From Octopus sinensis (lineage: Eukaryota), in NCBI RefSeq assembly GCF_006345805.1, contig NC_043005.1, forward strand, positions 19,716,001 through 19,780,000: a stretch of DNA of 64,000 nt, written 5' to 3'. The notes under the pieces are model-generated. The model was not told where the DNA came from and searched no databases. It was given only the letters and a program-made list of their open reading frames with translations. Shown here piece by piece: positions 1 to 11,989 of this stretch; position 1 is the first letter of the stretch, and each line of letters opens with the position of its first letter. A program made the position numbers and the translations under genes.

Positions 1-430
1 TGTAACTGTCACAACCCAAATACATGCCCGCTTGATTGATCTTGTTTGCGCAGTAATGTGGTGTATAAGTGCTGTGTACAGATACCTGGCACAAATAGGG
101 TTAAGGTCTATATAGGAAGTACGGTTGATTTCAAGCATCGCTACAGGGCTCACTTGAACTCCTTTAATATTTTAAGATATAAATCCACAACAACACTAGC
201 TACATATATACATGATCTTAAATTGAGCAAAACACAATATTCTTTATCTGGATCCATCGTGGAGGAGACTTCTCTCTATAGTACAATCACACGAATATGT
301 AGACTTTGCATTAAGGAATCAACACATATTCTCTGTAGTTATAATTCCTCATTACTGAATAAATTCACCGACACCATATAATCATGTATTCATAAGCACC
401 ATTCAACTTTTAGGTATTTCAGTCAAACGA
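1..430 (+). pseudogene. Penelope-like retroelement C-terminal GIY-YIG endonuclease (degenerate, cut by window edge)
   Basis: Frame from base 1 reads CNCHNPNTCPLD*SCLRSNVVYKC...VYIGST..FKHRY..H..SF...CRLCIKE...LLNK...CIH, the Cys-rich GIY-YIG pattern of PLE ORFs; contains in-frame stops. Confidence 0.85.
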
Positions 431-671
431 GATAGGAGGAGCGTTATACTCTAGGATTGATCATATTCCACCTAACACTTATATTCAAACTTTATCAACC
501 TTCTCTTGGTTGTGTAATTTATTCATTTAGAACCCACCATACTTTCTATATTAATTTTCCATAATTCCTACTACACTATTTCCTCCTGCTCATAGGTATA
601 ACTATATATATAAAGCCCAGCACAAAAGTAGGTTTTCTAATAAAAAGCATGATGTGACCTCTCTTCTAACA

Positions 672-762
672 CTCCCTGATGATGCAGGCAGTTATCTAAA
701 ATTTTGGATATGAACATCTATTATTTACAAGGATTGATGTTCCCCAGAAATGGCCATAGGAG
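672..762 (+). ncRNA. Type I hammerhead ribozyme motif downstream of the PLE ORF
   Basis: CTCC-CTGATGA-(64-nt stem II region with GAACATC/GATGTTC pairing)-GAAA-TGGCCA-TA-GGAG; stem I CTCC/GGAG, palindromic stem III ATGGCCAT; base of stem II imperfect. Confidence 0.75.
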
Positions 763-1225
763 AATTCATTTGATATTTACCCGGAAAAAACAACGAAAAA
801 CCAACGGTTAGACTTCGAATTATTTACTTTACACACTATACCCTGGACATCTTGTAATCTTTTTAACACCGACTTTAACCTAACACTTATTACTAAGTAA
901 GACTATATCTTTTAATATGTTTATATATTTCGCATATATTTTTATAGATCTGCATAATTTGCCGTACATATATGACTATTATATTTTTAATATTTTTTGT
1001 ATATCTATAATTTTGAAATTTTTAGTATAGTGTTGATATTGAACTTTTTAATGAAAGATGCATTAAATATATTATAATACACCTTTTGGTTCGGTTTATA
1101 TTGTAATTCTTTTGAATTGTCGAACCTATCTGATTTTTCATCTTTAATTTGAAAATATATATATACCTAATGTCTCAGGTTCAATACTTGAGCACTTTAC
1201 AACACTGTCTGAAATAATAATAATA

Positions 1226-1256
<31 letters not shown>

Positions 1257-1260
1257 TATA

Positions 1261-1298
<38 letters not shown>

Positions 1299-1433
1299 TA
1301 TATATATATATATTATATATAGACATACATACATACATAAATATACATATATATATATATATGCATACATGCATACCTATATATACATATATATATACAC
1401 ATATATATATGTATATATATATATATATATATA

Positions 1434-2372
1434 ACGGGAAGCTTTATGAAAATAAACAAAAGACGAAGGCAGGTGGAAAACAAACGAACAATTGTATTAG
1501 TATGGCGCTCAGGAAATATAAATAAAACAAGTCTTTAACGTTTCGAGCCTACGCTCTTCAACAGAAAGATACACAGAGAGAGAAAAACACAGAAAGGAGA
1601 GAAAAAAAATGCGTGCAGTAGCTAACGAATCAACATGGCGATCTGATTTCGGCCAGAGGTCAAAGATCAAACATGAGACGCGAGAGCGAAATAAGGGGAG
1701 ATAATAGAGTTGATAAATGGGTTGAGGGACCAGCTAAAAGTGTGTGGGAGGGGTCTGCATGTGTGTATGTATAGGGTTGGTGTATGTATTAGTATGTATA
1801 AGGGTGTGTGTGTGTGTGTGTGTGTGTATGAGAGAGTATTAGTGCGTAAGATTGGTCTGGACGTGCGTATGTATGGGGTTGGTGTATGTATTAGTATGTA
1901 TTAGTATGTATTAGTACGTATTGGTATGTATAGGTGTGTGTGTGTGTGAGAGAGTATAAGTGCGTATGCGGGGTCTGGACGTGTGTATGTATAGGGTTGG
2001 TGTAAGTATTAGTATGTACTAGTATGTATTAGTACGTATTAGTATGTATTAGTTGGTGTGTGTATTGGTATGGCACATCATATGTGATGTGATGTGTAAA
2101 GTCATGTGGTGTAGTGAGGAGAAGATGGGGAGGGGGAGAAGAGGGGGGAGAGGAAGGGGGGGGAAGAAGAGGGGGACGAGAAGGGGAAGAGGAGAGGATG
2201 GGGGAGAAGGAAGGGGATGAGGAGGATGAAGGAGGAAAGAGGGAGAGGGGGAGAGAGAAGGGGAGAGAGGGAGTGAGGGAGCAGAGGGAAGGGGAAGAGG
2301 GAGGAGAAAGAGGGGAGAAGAGAAGGGGAGTAGGGGTGAAAGGATGAAGGACTGAAGAAGTAGGGGTCGGGG
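1434..2372 (-). mobile_element. Non-coding HHR-bearing element, family A, copy 1, flanked by (TA)n
   Basis: Shares AAAATAAACAAAAGACGAAGGCAGGTGGA and the TTTCGAGCCTACGCTCTTC block with 43080-43500 and, inverted, 47660-47935; right boundary uncertain. Confidence 0.7.
1532..1569 (-). ncRNA. Minimal hammerhead variant with CUGUUGA core
   Basis: Reverse strand: TCTTT-CTGTTGA-A-GAGC-GTAG-GCTC-GAAA-CG-TT-AAAGA; stems I and II pair perfectly, palindromic AACGTT. Confidence 0.65.
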
Positions 2373-2413
2373 GGATATATATATATTATATATATATATA
2401 TATATTATATATA

Positions 2414-2467
<54 letters not shown>

Positions 2468-2475
2468 CATATATG

Positions 2476-3940
2476 GTTTCCCAGCCATCCTCCTCAAAGC
2501 GTGTAAGCATGCCCTGGCAAAACCCCTCAAGATTCTCTTCCAGAGCTTTCTTGCGAATGGCAAACTGCCAAGCAAGCTGAAGGAGGGAATAATATGCCCA
2601 GTACATAAAGGGGGAAGTAGAGTAGATGCCAAAAACTATAGGCCTATTTCTCTGACTTCACACATCAGCAAAGTCATGGAATGGATAGTCAGAAAGAAAC
2701 TAATCGCATTCCTTGAGGAAAATAACTTGCTGAGTGATACCCAGCATGGTTTTCGAGCAGGTAGGAGCTGCCTGACCCAGCTCTTACAACATTATGAGTG
2801 GGTGTTGAGGCAGTTACTCAACAAATCAAATGTGGACGTAATCTACCTTGATTTTGCAAAAGCTTTTGACAAGGTGGATCATGGTATGATATGCCACAAA
2901 CTGCGTGACCTCGGCATAGCTGGAAAACTTAGAGTGTGGTTACATGACTTCCTGAAAGATAGGAGTCAGGCAGTAGTGGTTAATGGAGCCACCTCTATGA
3001 ACACACAAATAGTGAGCGGTGTTCCACGGGGCACTGTCTTGGGACCACTGCTTTTTATAGTGGCCCTCTCAGATATGCCCTCAAATGCCCGGATAGCCAC
3101 TCTGGCCAGCTACGCAGACGATACGAAAGTCTCGCAGAAAATGCAGAACCCCAGCGATGTTACACACCTGCAGCAGGAACTGGACTCAATCTACAGATGA
3201 GCTGAGGATAATAATATGCTGTTTAATGCTGAAAAATTCCAGGCCCTGCGCTACCAGCATCCAAAACTGAATATTAAACTTACAGGATACACCGGTCCAC
3301 AGGGAATTTCAATCCCAGAGCCTAAGTCTGTGAGGGACCTGGGTATCGACATGAGTGATGATACCTCCAAGTGCACATTGCCAGGATGGCGACAAAGTGC
3401 AGACGACTGGCTGGGTGGATCCTAAGAACATTCAGAACCAGAGATAAGGAAGCCATGATGGTCCTCTGGCGGACATTCGTCCTCAGCCGCCTGGATTACT
3501 GCTCACAGCTATGGTCACCCACCAGTGTAAAATTAACAGCGGACCTTGAAGCAATTCAGAGAAGATTCACAAAGAAGATCGTCTCTTTGCAACAGCTCAG
3601 CTACTGGGAAAGGTTGAAACAGCTAAGACTCTACTCCCTGGAGAGAAGACGGGAGAGGTATGCAGTAATATATGTCTGGAAGATCCTGGAAGAAATTGTG
3701 CCAAATTTTGGCATTGTAAGCTACACCAATGCTAAAACGGGACGACACTGTATAGTGCCAAAGATCCCAGCAATGCCATCACGCTTCAGGACCAGCTTCT
3801 GCAACAGCCTGGGTTTCAAGGGCCCACAGCTTTTTAATATTCTCCCAAAGAGTCTGAGGAACTTGCACAAAGTAGATGTAGCACAAAACGGCGGTGCATC
3901 AGCATGGCCGCAGCTCTGAGCTGAAACCAGAGAAAAAAAA
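2476..3940 (+). mobile_element. 5'-truncated CR1-group LINE (reverse transcriptase, degenerate)
   Basis: NYRPISLTS, QHGFRAGRSC, YLDFAKAFDKVDH, SGVPRGTVLGP, YADDTK, RLDYCSQLWSP motifs; stop and frameshift; ends in a short hairpin plus A-tail. Confidence 0.92.
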
Positions 3941-3952
3941 TATATACATATA

Positions 3953-5579
3953 CAGTTGCGGCCAAAATGTTCAGAACGGCATTGTTTTCGTCAGAAAAGT
4001 AGATATAATTTTTTATAGTTGTTATTTTATATTCTATAATTTTCACAGACAATAAATACGATATTATTTGTTATAGCCAGAGATTTTGGTGTAATTTGAG
4101 AGGATAATACAAAAGTTATGGATGATTTAGTGATTTACTGCAAAACCCATGGCGGCCATAATGATCAGAACGGTTGCTTTTACTCCGTGTTTTAGTATAT
4201 TTAACCGGCGAACTCTAATGTTTTGAATTTGTTTACGTGACGGTTTGTTTACTAAACATTAGTAAGAATATTTGCAGTGTACTTTGTTAATATAATGCCA
4301 CTTACTCCGTTACCAATTCGTCTGCAGATTATTAAGCTTCGAAGGAAGGATAATTTAAGTATTGGATCTATTGCAAAGATTGTTAACAAGTCAAAAAGTG
4401 TTTACGCGGTATTCTTAAGGTCTACGATAATTTTGGTTCGTATGAAGCAAGAAAGTTTACAGGTAGGCCAAGAAAAACGACCAAGAGAGAAGATCGGGCT
4501 ATGGTAAAGTTGGTTAAAAAGGACAGATTTAAAACTGCTGCTGCTGTTTCTCGGAAAATGAGCATTGTATTGAAGAAAACTTTATCTCGAAAAACTGTGT
4601 CTCGTCGTTTAGTTGAACATGACCTACAAGCAAGAGCACCTGCAGCGAAGCCACTGATCAGCTCCAAGAATAAAAAGTGTCGTCTTACCTTTGCAACCGA
4701 ACATATGTTGCAGTCTTAAGAAAAATGGCAAACGGTGCATTTCAGTGATGAATAAGTTTATGCTATTTGGCTCAGATGGGAAAAGGTACGTTCGTAGAAA
4801 AGTAGGTGAAAAATTGTTGCCTAAATGCCTTAAGACTAGTGTTAAATTCGGTGGAGGAAGTGTCATGGTTTGGGGAATGATATCTGGAGATGGTGTGGGC
4901 CCTTTGGTGCGATTACATGGAAAGGTAAATGCAGGAGTTTATAAACAGCTTGTAAAAGATCATGTCTTGCCTGTGCTGAGAAATTCAACTAAGCGACCAC
5001 CCATATTCATGCAGGACAATACCCCATGTCACAAGGCTAAGGTGGTCATGAACTTCCTCAAGGCTGAAAAGATTATTGTTATGGATTGGCCAGCTCAAAG
5101 CCCAGATCTCAATCCTATTGAAAATGTGTGGAATATTCTAGGAGAACGTTCGAAAGCCAGAAATCCTAAAACAACTGAGCAATTATGGAATTCCCTTCAG
5201 GAAGAATGGAATAAGATCACCCAGCAAGAAATTGAAAATTTAATTTCCTCATGAAGTCGAAGATGTCAGAGTGTGATTGAAGCTAAAGGGCTTCACACTA
5301 AATATTAAATAATTCCAGTATTCTCTGTCATTTTTGATTATTTTGTTATTTTTTTCAACTGTTCTGATCATTTTGGCCGCAGTGGGTTTTGCAGTAAATC
5401 ACTAAATCATCCATAACTTTTGTATTATCCTCTCAAATTACACCGAAATCTCGGACAATACCAATTAATATAATATTTATTGTCTGTGAAAATTATAGAA
5501 TATAAAACAACTTTGTTAAAAACTTATATCTACTTTACTGACGAAAACAATGCCGTTCTGAACATTTTGTCCGCAACTG
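3953..5579 (+). mobile_element. Tc1-like DNA transposon, DD34E, long IR/DR-type TIRs, frameshifted transposase
   Basis: TA|CAGTTGCGG...CCGCAACTG|TA; TIRs of about 225 bp with inner repeats of the terminal motif; FSDE, MQDNTPCH, SPDLNPIE with 34 residues between D and E. Confidence 0.95.
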
Positions 5580-5586
5580 TATATAC

Positions 5587-5626
<40 letters not shown>

Positions 5627-5630
5627 TTTT

Positions 5631-5747
5631 TTTATATTATAATGAGGGTACTACTATTAGTAGATACCAACACGCTAAGAGGGACCAATGCGGTCCCTCT
5701 TAGCGTGTTGGTATCTACTAATAGTAGTACCCTCATTATAATATAAA
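5631..5747. repeat. Perfect 56-bp inverted repeat with 5-nt loop, inside a (TA)n-flanked insert
   Basis: 5631-5686 is the exact reverse complement of 5692-5747; loop AATGC. Confidence 0.95.
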
Positions 5748-5848
5748 TGAATATTTTCAAAGAGGAAGAATTTACGGATTTTTTCTCTTACGAGGTTTTT
5801 CACGCTGACTACTGATAATTTCTTTTAAAGATTTTATCCTCAATTGTT

Positions 5849-5891
<43 letters not shown>

Positions 5892-5892
<1 letters not shown>

Positions 5893-6132
5893 TCTTCTTC
5901 TTAATCCTTTTTACCCCGTGTGGAGCATAGGGCCTCAACAGTTGTTTTCCCGTTTTTGCGGTCATTGGCGTGTTTCTTCGCTGCTTCCCATGTGAAGCCG
6001 GTGGTCCTGACCTCGTCCAAAATGCTCCGCTTCCATGTCTGCTTCGGGCGTCCTCGCTTCCTTTTCCCCGCGGGTTCCAGTGCTTGTTGTGTCACATTTG
6101 AGTGTTCTTTCCGGAGTGCGAGTCCGATCCAT
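5892..6132 (-). mobile_element. RTE-clade LINE 3' end
   Basis: WIG..LRK...QALE..GKRKRGRPKQTWKR...A.DR....VEALCS followed by a short (GAA)n tail. Confidence 0.85.
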
Positions 6133-6198
6133 ATAATACAGATATATACATATATTTTATTATATTATATATAATATATATATATAATATATATATAT

Positions 6199-6244
<46 letters not shown>

Positions 6245-6289
6245 AATATATATATACATAATACACACACATATATATATGTATGAATA

Positions 6290-6327
<38 letters not shown>

Positions 6328-6373
6328 TATATATATATATATATAACAATGATAAATATGTGTCCTCCTGGGG

Positions 6374-6417
<44 letters not shown>

Positions 6418-6474
6418 AATATATATATACATACACACACACATATATATATATGTATGAATATATATATATAT

Positions 6475-6536
<62 letters not shown>

Positions 6537-6765
6537 ATGATAAATGTGTCCTCCTGGGGCTAAAAACTACAGTAGCATCCACCCTTAGGGGTTAGCCATA
6601 TTGAAATGGCAAATACGTCACTATATTAATCAGCCGAAATTGCTAAGATGATCTGGTTCTTGAACTGATGACTGAGGGCTTCGAATGTCCCGTCCTGTGG
6701 TTCGTGTGTCGTCTCTGTGGTGTTTCATGTTCTTGTCCATGTCTGTAATTATTTTTACTGTTACC

Positions 6766-6820
<55 letters not shown>

Positions 6821-8520
6821 AATAATGAGGTCAACCCAAATGATGATATTTTGAAAGCATAAGATGTATGTTTCAGACCCTGATAATATATAATAGGAAA
6901 TACATCTCTCACGCAATACCTTCTTTAGCAAATACATTTCAAAATATGAGTCAGCTGATGGAAATAGTTTTGTATATATATATATGGTGTGTGTGTGTGT
7001 GCGTGTGTGTGTGTGTGTTTGTGGTCGGGCTAGTAAAATTGGCAACTAAGTTAGGAGGGAGCCTGTTTAGTGTTGGCATGACTTAAAGGATATGCTATAC
7101 AAATTATATGTCTTTGTTCATACACATACTAACTTGTCCCGCAATATTTAATAATGTCTTTTGAAATAATTTTATTCCTATAATCTGTTTTCAATACATA
7201 TTATTGTATTTTGACATAGCTTAACTATAATAATATACTTTGGAATTAATTTACAACAATATAAAAGGTAAAACGCACTTTCTTATTATTTTTCCCTGTC
7301 TCCTGGCGTGTGCAGAATATTTTTTACATCATAGATAGCAGGCAATAAAACTAACAATTTTATTACAGATTTGGGAAATAAAAATCAAAGAAATGTTTCC
7401 TTCACTCCAGCAGAACAAAAGATGTCCTGATAAAGATAAATCGTATTACTTACTACTGAGTCGCATCTAATACCAGCACGAATATTTGAAGAAATCAAAT
7501 TTGGATGGTCCCTAACGAGATTAGAATCCAAAGCCTGAAAATTGCTTCACACTTAGTTGTAAATGACAAGACGAAATCACCCACACCTTCGCAATCTTGT
7601 TTTACATTTAAGGACTGAATGTTAGCTTCGAACAAACAGCTTCTACAGAAACAGGAAAGAGAAATTTAATTAGGAAAGCCTCTCCTTTTAGGTTAGCTTA
7701 ACTATTATATTTTACTCAGGAAACACTTTCACATAGTACACAAGTACACAAAATCTTTCATAAAAGCACTATAAACATTTCTTAATGTCCCACACCCAAT
7801 TTTACACAATTTTTTATGTATTCTATGATATATGTATTGAACCTACCGATATCTAACCCCTAAACTATATAATCGTAACAGTAGGAACCCAGCAATTTGT
7901 CATTTAATTCCAAATATTTAGCTGGAGATTTTGTATACCTCAATATATTGAACGCCTTTCGAACCAGCATACACGTTTTAAGAATATCAAAACAGAGGCA
8001 AAACACATTGCTTTCTAGTTTATTTATGACTGGAAGAATAAAATCCACTCATACAACTTTAAGTAGTACGTTTTTTGTCATTAATATCAAACGTTACCAA
8101 TAAAATAACTTTAAAGTTTAGGCACTACAGAGAGGTACTTTTTGTTGGAATACCGATCCTTAACCAACATTCAGATATTTTATCTTGCTGACATACGATA
8201 CAATAAAATATAAAGCATAAATATTCTAAACCACATATTCTCATAGGTAAACTACTATTAATATCATGATGCCTTCTTTTTACCTTGTCTCCAGAGTACA
8301 AATATATATATTTATCCAACCCTTATTATTTAGATTCCATATCCTAATACATTATGTTTGTGTTTTTAATTTTATGCTGAATATTTTTCCTTATATTATA
8401 AGAGTATACTTAAAATTCTCTGTAAGTATATCACCGCCATATATACGAGAACATATGTACACACCCACGCACACATACAAACAGGCACTTGTACATGCAT
8501 ACATATATAAAATATACATT

Positions 8521-8571
<51 letters not shown>

Positions 8572-8572
<1 letters not shown>

Positions 8573-9180
8573 GGGAGCATAACTCCAAACTTACAGGGAA
8601 AAAATTCAATTTAGTATTAAATCAAATTTCACAATATAAATATATAAAATATAAATTAGAGATAAAACCACTATTATGCAACTCAAACAGTGATAAATAT
8701 AAACCAAAACATAAAAAACAAATATTATATATTTTTATACAACATATAACTAGATCTCAAAAAGTATAAAAATGAATGATCAATATAAAGTAAAAAAAAC
8801 TACGTACGTTTCATGGCTACAATTAAATTCGAATTACAATTAAGTTTAAATTCAATTGAAATAAATTCGATTTAAAGTTATACCCAATCTTCAGGTTAAC
8901 GATAATAGTTAAATAAATAAGCAAATAGAGTTAAACAATATTTATTTTTTTTAAATTATTTCAATTGAATTTAAACTTAATTGTAAGTCGAATTTAACTG
9001 TAGCCATGAAATGTACGTATTTTTTTTATTTATTATATATTGATCATTCGTTTTTATACTTTTTGAGATCTAGTTATATGTTTTATAAAATATATAATAT
9101 TGTTATTTATGTTTTGGTTTGTGTCTATCACTGTTTGAGTTGCATAATAGTGGTTTTATCCTTAATTTATATTTATTTAT
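8572..9180. mobile_element. Fold-back AT-rich non-coding element, family B, in (TA)n
   Basis: About 8645-8865 is an imperfect inverted repeat of about 8957-9178; flanked by TA tracts; homologous to 45180-45369. Confidence 0.8.
8797..8898 (-). ncRNA. Type I hammerhead motif with long stem II
   Basis: Reverse strand: AAC-CTGAAGA-TTGGGTATAA...TTGTAGCCAT-GAAA-CGTACG-TA-GTT; palindromic stem III ACGTACGT, GUA triplet. Confidence 0.75.
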
Positions 9181-9229
9181 TATATATATATATATATATA
9201 TATATACATACATATATATATATATATAC

Positions 9230-9310
<81 letters not shown>

Positions 9311-10293
9311 TCTCGACACAGCAAAATCAATTTCCTTTAATTATCACCTACCTTTCAAATATTAAAGCTATTAGTTCGCTTCGAAAAGGACAAAAGAGCC
9401 AATTCAATGACCCGTCTATCAACCATCTTTACCCACCATCTTAATCGTTTCCATATAAATATTTGCAATAAACTCATAGTTGAAATGCCATCATAAACTA
9501 ACTAATGATTCTAAAATATATTATATCATCTCTTTACACTTAGTTACTGAGCTCTACATCAAACCACCAATAGATATATTTCTCCATACGTTTTTTTCTT
9601 TAAAAAATATTAATATTTAATATTTATTTTCTGAAAACACCTAAACAATATATTTACCGAAATATCCGACTTGGTTTCATAACATCTCTTCAAACCACTG
9701 CCTAGTCACAAGTATATACATTAAAACACATTATCCATTATTCCTATGAAAAAACTATATTCAAAATACTATAATTAAATAGCGGGAACTTATTCAATAT
9801 CAATCGCAATCGAATTCATTGCTCCTTTTTTTTTTTTAAATATAAATAATTACACGAATTTCCACTCGGAAACATCATACACTGATACTCCACAAATATT
9901 TAAAGCCTTCCAATTTCTTTCCTTCGTGGTTCTTGTTACTTTTATTTTCCTTTCTTCTTGCAGCTCATTATATAACTGTAAATATGAGCAGCTTCTTAAC
10001 TCATACTGATATTTGACTATTAGAGGAAAGAAACAGATTGTATACTTATAGCATTCGATCCTTTAGAAAAAGTTCTGATGCCGCTGCCACTAACCTTTAG
10101 GTTCTTTAATTCAGCTTGAGATTTTTTAATTTCTGAATGAGTTTGTTTACACACACACGCTCGAAGATACACACACATATGTACACATATATTTACATAA
10201 ATACACACACGCAGAAACATATATAACATATATGTAAACATGTGTGTATATTTGTATATATATATATAAAAAAAAGTAAAGAAATATATATAT

Positions 10294-10417
10294 TGTACAC
10301 ACACACACACACACGTACACACAGACAAGCACACAGACGCACATACACACACATATATGTGTGTATATATGCGTCTGTGTGCTTGTCTGTGTGTACGTGT
10401 GTGTGTGTGTGTGTACA
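10294..10417. repeat. Fold-back palindrome of about 60-bp CA/TG-rich arms
   Basis: GTACACACAGACAAGCACACAGACGCA versus TGCGTCTGTGTGCTTGTCTGTGTGTAC, centred on a TATA at about 10356. Confidence 0.85.
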
Positions 10418-10699
10418 TATACAAGTAAGCACATTAAAGCAAAACATGGTAGAAAACAATAGTACTCGAATACCGAATGGTAGAGTAATTTGCTTTTATT
10501 AAACTGTTACTCAGAGTTTCACGTTCCCGCTTGCCGGACATTTGTGATCATACTGTATGGTCACAACTGTCCTATCTTCAGGAGATTGGACACAACGTTT
10601 CTATCTTCCTATGAAGATGACTGCAATTTCTAAGAAATCCTATCATAATGATTGAATACGAGAAGTTCCAGTAAAGTCAACGTCATATTCACCAATAAT

Positions 10700-11070
10700 A
10701 TAAAAGAATACTGGTGGGATGAACTTGTGCCAACTTCAGTAAAATATATACGTTTTACATGAAACATAATGATCTGAAACAGAGAAGAGAAATTGCGCAC
10801 TGTAGGAGAGCTCAATTGTCTAACATAAGTTAATGTAATGTTGAAGATAAAAGTAAAAGAATTTTTCTATGCCGAGCTAATGAGACATTCGCAGATGCTA
10901 CACATGGTCTATAACTTTGCATTAACATCTATGATTATTGGAGTACTTGGTTATGTAATTAACTACCTCGGTACCCAAACTAAAAAGAATAATGCTAATT
11001 TAGGAATTTCAATGTGAATTCATTTATGGAACTGTGAAAATATGTAAAACATTGCGGAAGTTTAACTTGT
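10700..11070 (+). mobile_element. R4/Dong-like LINE, restriction-like endonuclease/C-terminal fragment
   Basis: Degenerate translation (I.I*NREEK..TVGELNC...K.K.KE..YAELMR..Q.L..Y.F...IIG.LGYV...GT.KICKT) matches the other fragments of this family in the window. Confidence 0.6.
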
Positions 11071-11534
11071 TATAAGTACATAGAGAAAGTATATACATTA
11101 AAACATGTACGTGTGTGTGTGTGTGTGTGTATGTGTGTGTGTGTTTGAACGAATTGTGAGGTATTTAAATTAAATAATAAAACCAGAAATGTAAATATAA
11201 TTGCATACATCCCAAATACATGCAGGGAATTGATTTCCAAAGCAGACGGTTTTATTCGCCAGGAATAAAGGAAAATTAGATTGTGTCAAGTCCACGACTT
11301 AATCGGTACCATTAAAGAGTATGCAAAATAAATTGTTATGAATATTATTTATCTTCATTAAAATACCATAAAGTCCCGCATCGCATAAATTTTAAAACCG
11401 ACTGTTTAATGATTTCATATAACTGTTATTATCTCTCGCTTTATTATATATCTATAAGTCAATATACTTGATCATAATCATGTTGTATGAAATCTTTTGC
11501 ATGAGGAGCCTGTGCCAATAAAGAAATTATCCTT

Positions 11535-11554
11535 ATTATCATTATCATTATCAT

Positions 11555-11621
<67 letters not shown>

Positions 11622-11655
11622 GCTGCTGATGCTGCTGCTGCTGCTAATAATAATA

Positions 11656-11688
<33 letters not shown>

Positions 11689-11955
11689 CACCATCACCAC
11701 CACCATCGCTACTACTACCACCATCACCACCACCACCACTACTACTATTAATACTACTACAACTACTACTGCTACTACCACCACTACCACTACTACTACA
11801 ACTACTACTGCTACTGCCACCACCACTACCACTACCAACCCCACAACCACCACTACCACTACCACTACTACTATTACTACTACTACAACTAATACTGCTA
11901 CTACCACCACCACTACCACTACCAACCCCCACCACCACCACTACTACTACTACAC
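11535..11955. repeat. Compound trinucleotide microsatellite (TAC/TGC/TAA/CAC)
   Basis: Directly visible. Confidence 0.95.
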
Positions 11956-11989
11956 TGCATGTTTCCACTGCACCACCGAACGCAGCTCC

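Noticed and set aside
37-39. In-frame TGA in the PLE ORF as possible selenocysteine
   Set aside because: It falls at a position that is typically Gly, not Cys, and the ORF has another stop; simple decay is more likely.
6630-6700. CTGATGA and GAAA words near each other
   Set aside because: Order and flanks do not give paired stems I-III; at most a truncated remnant.
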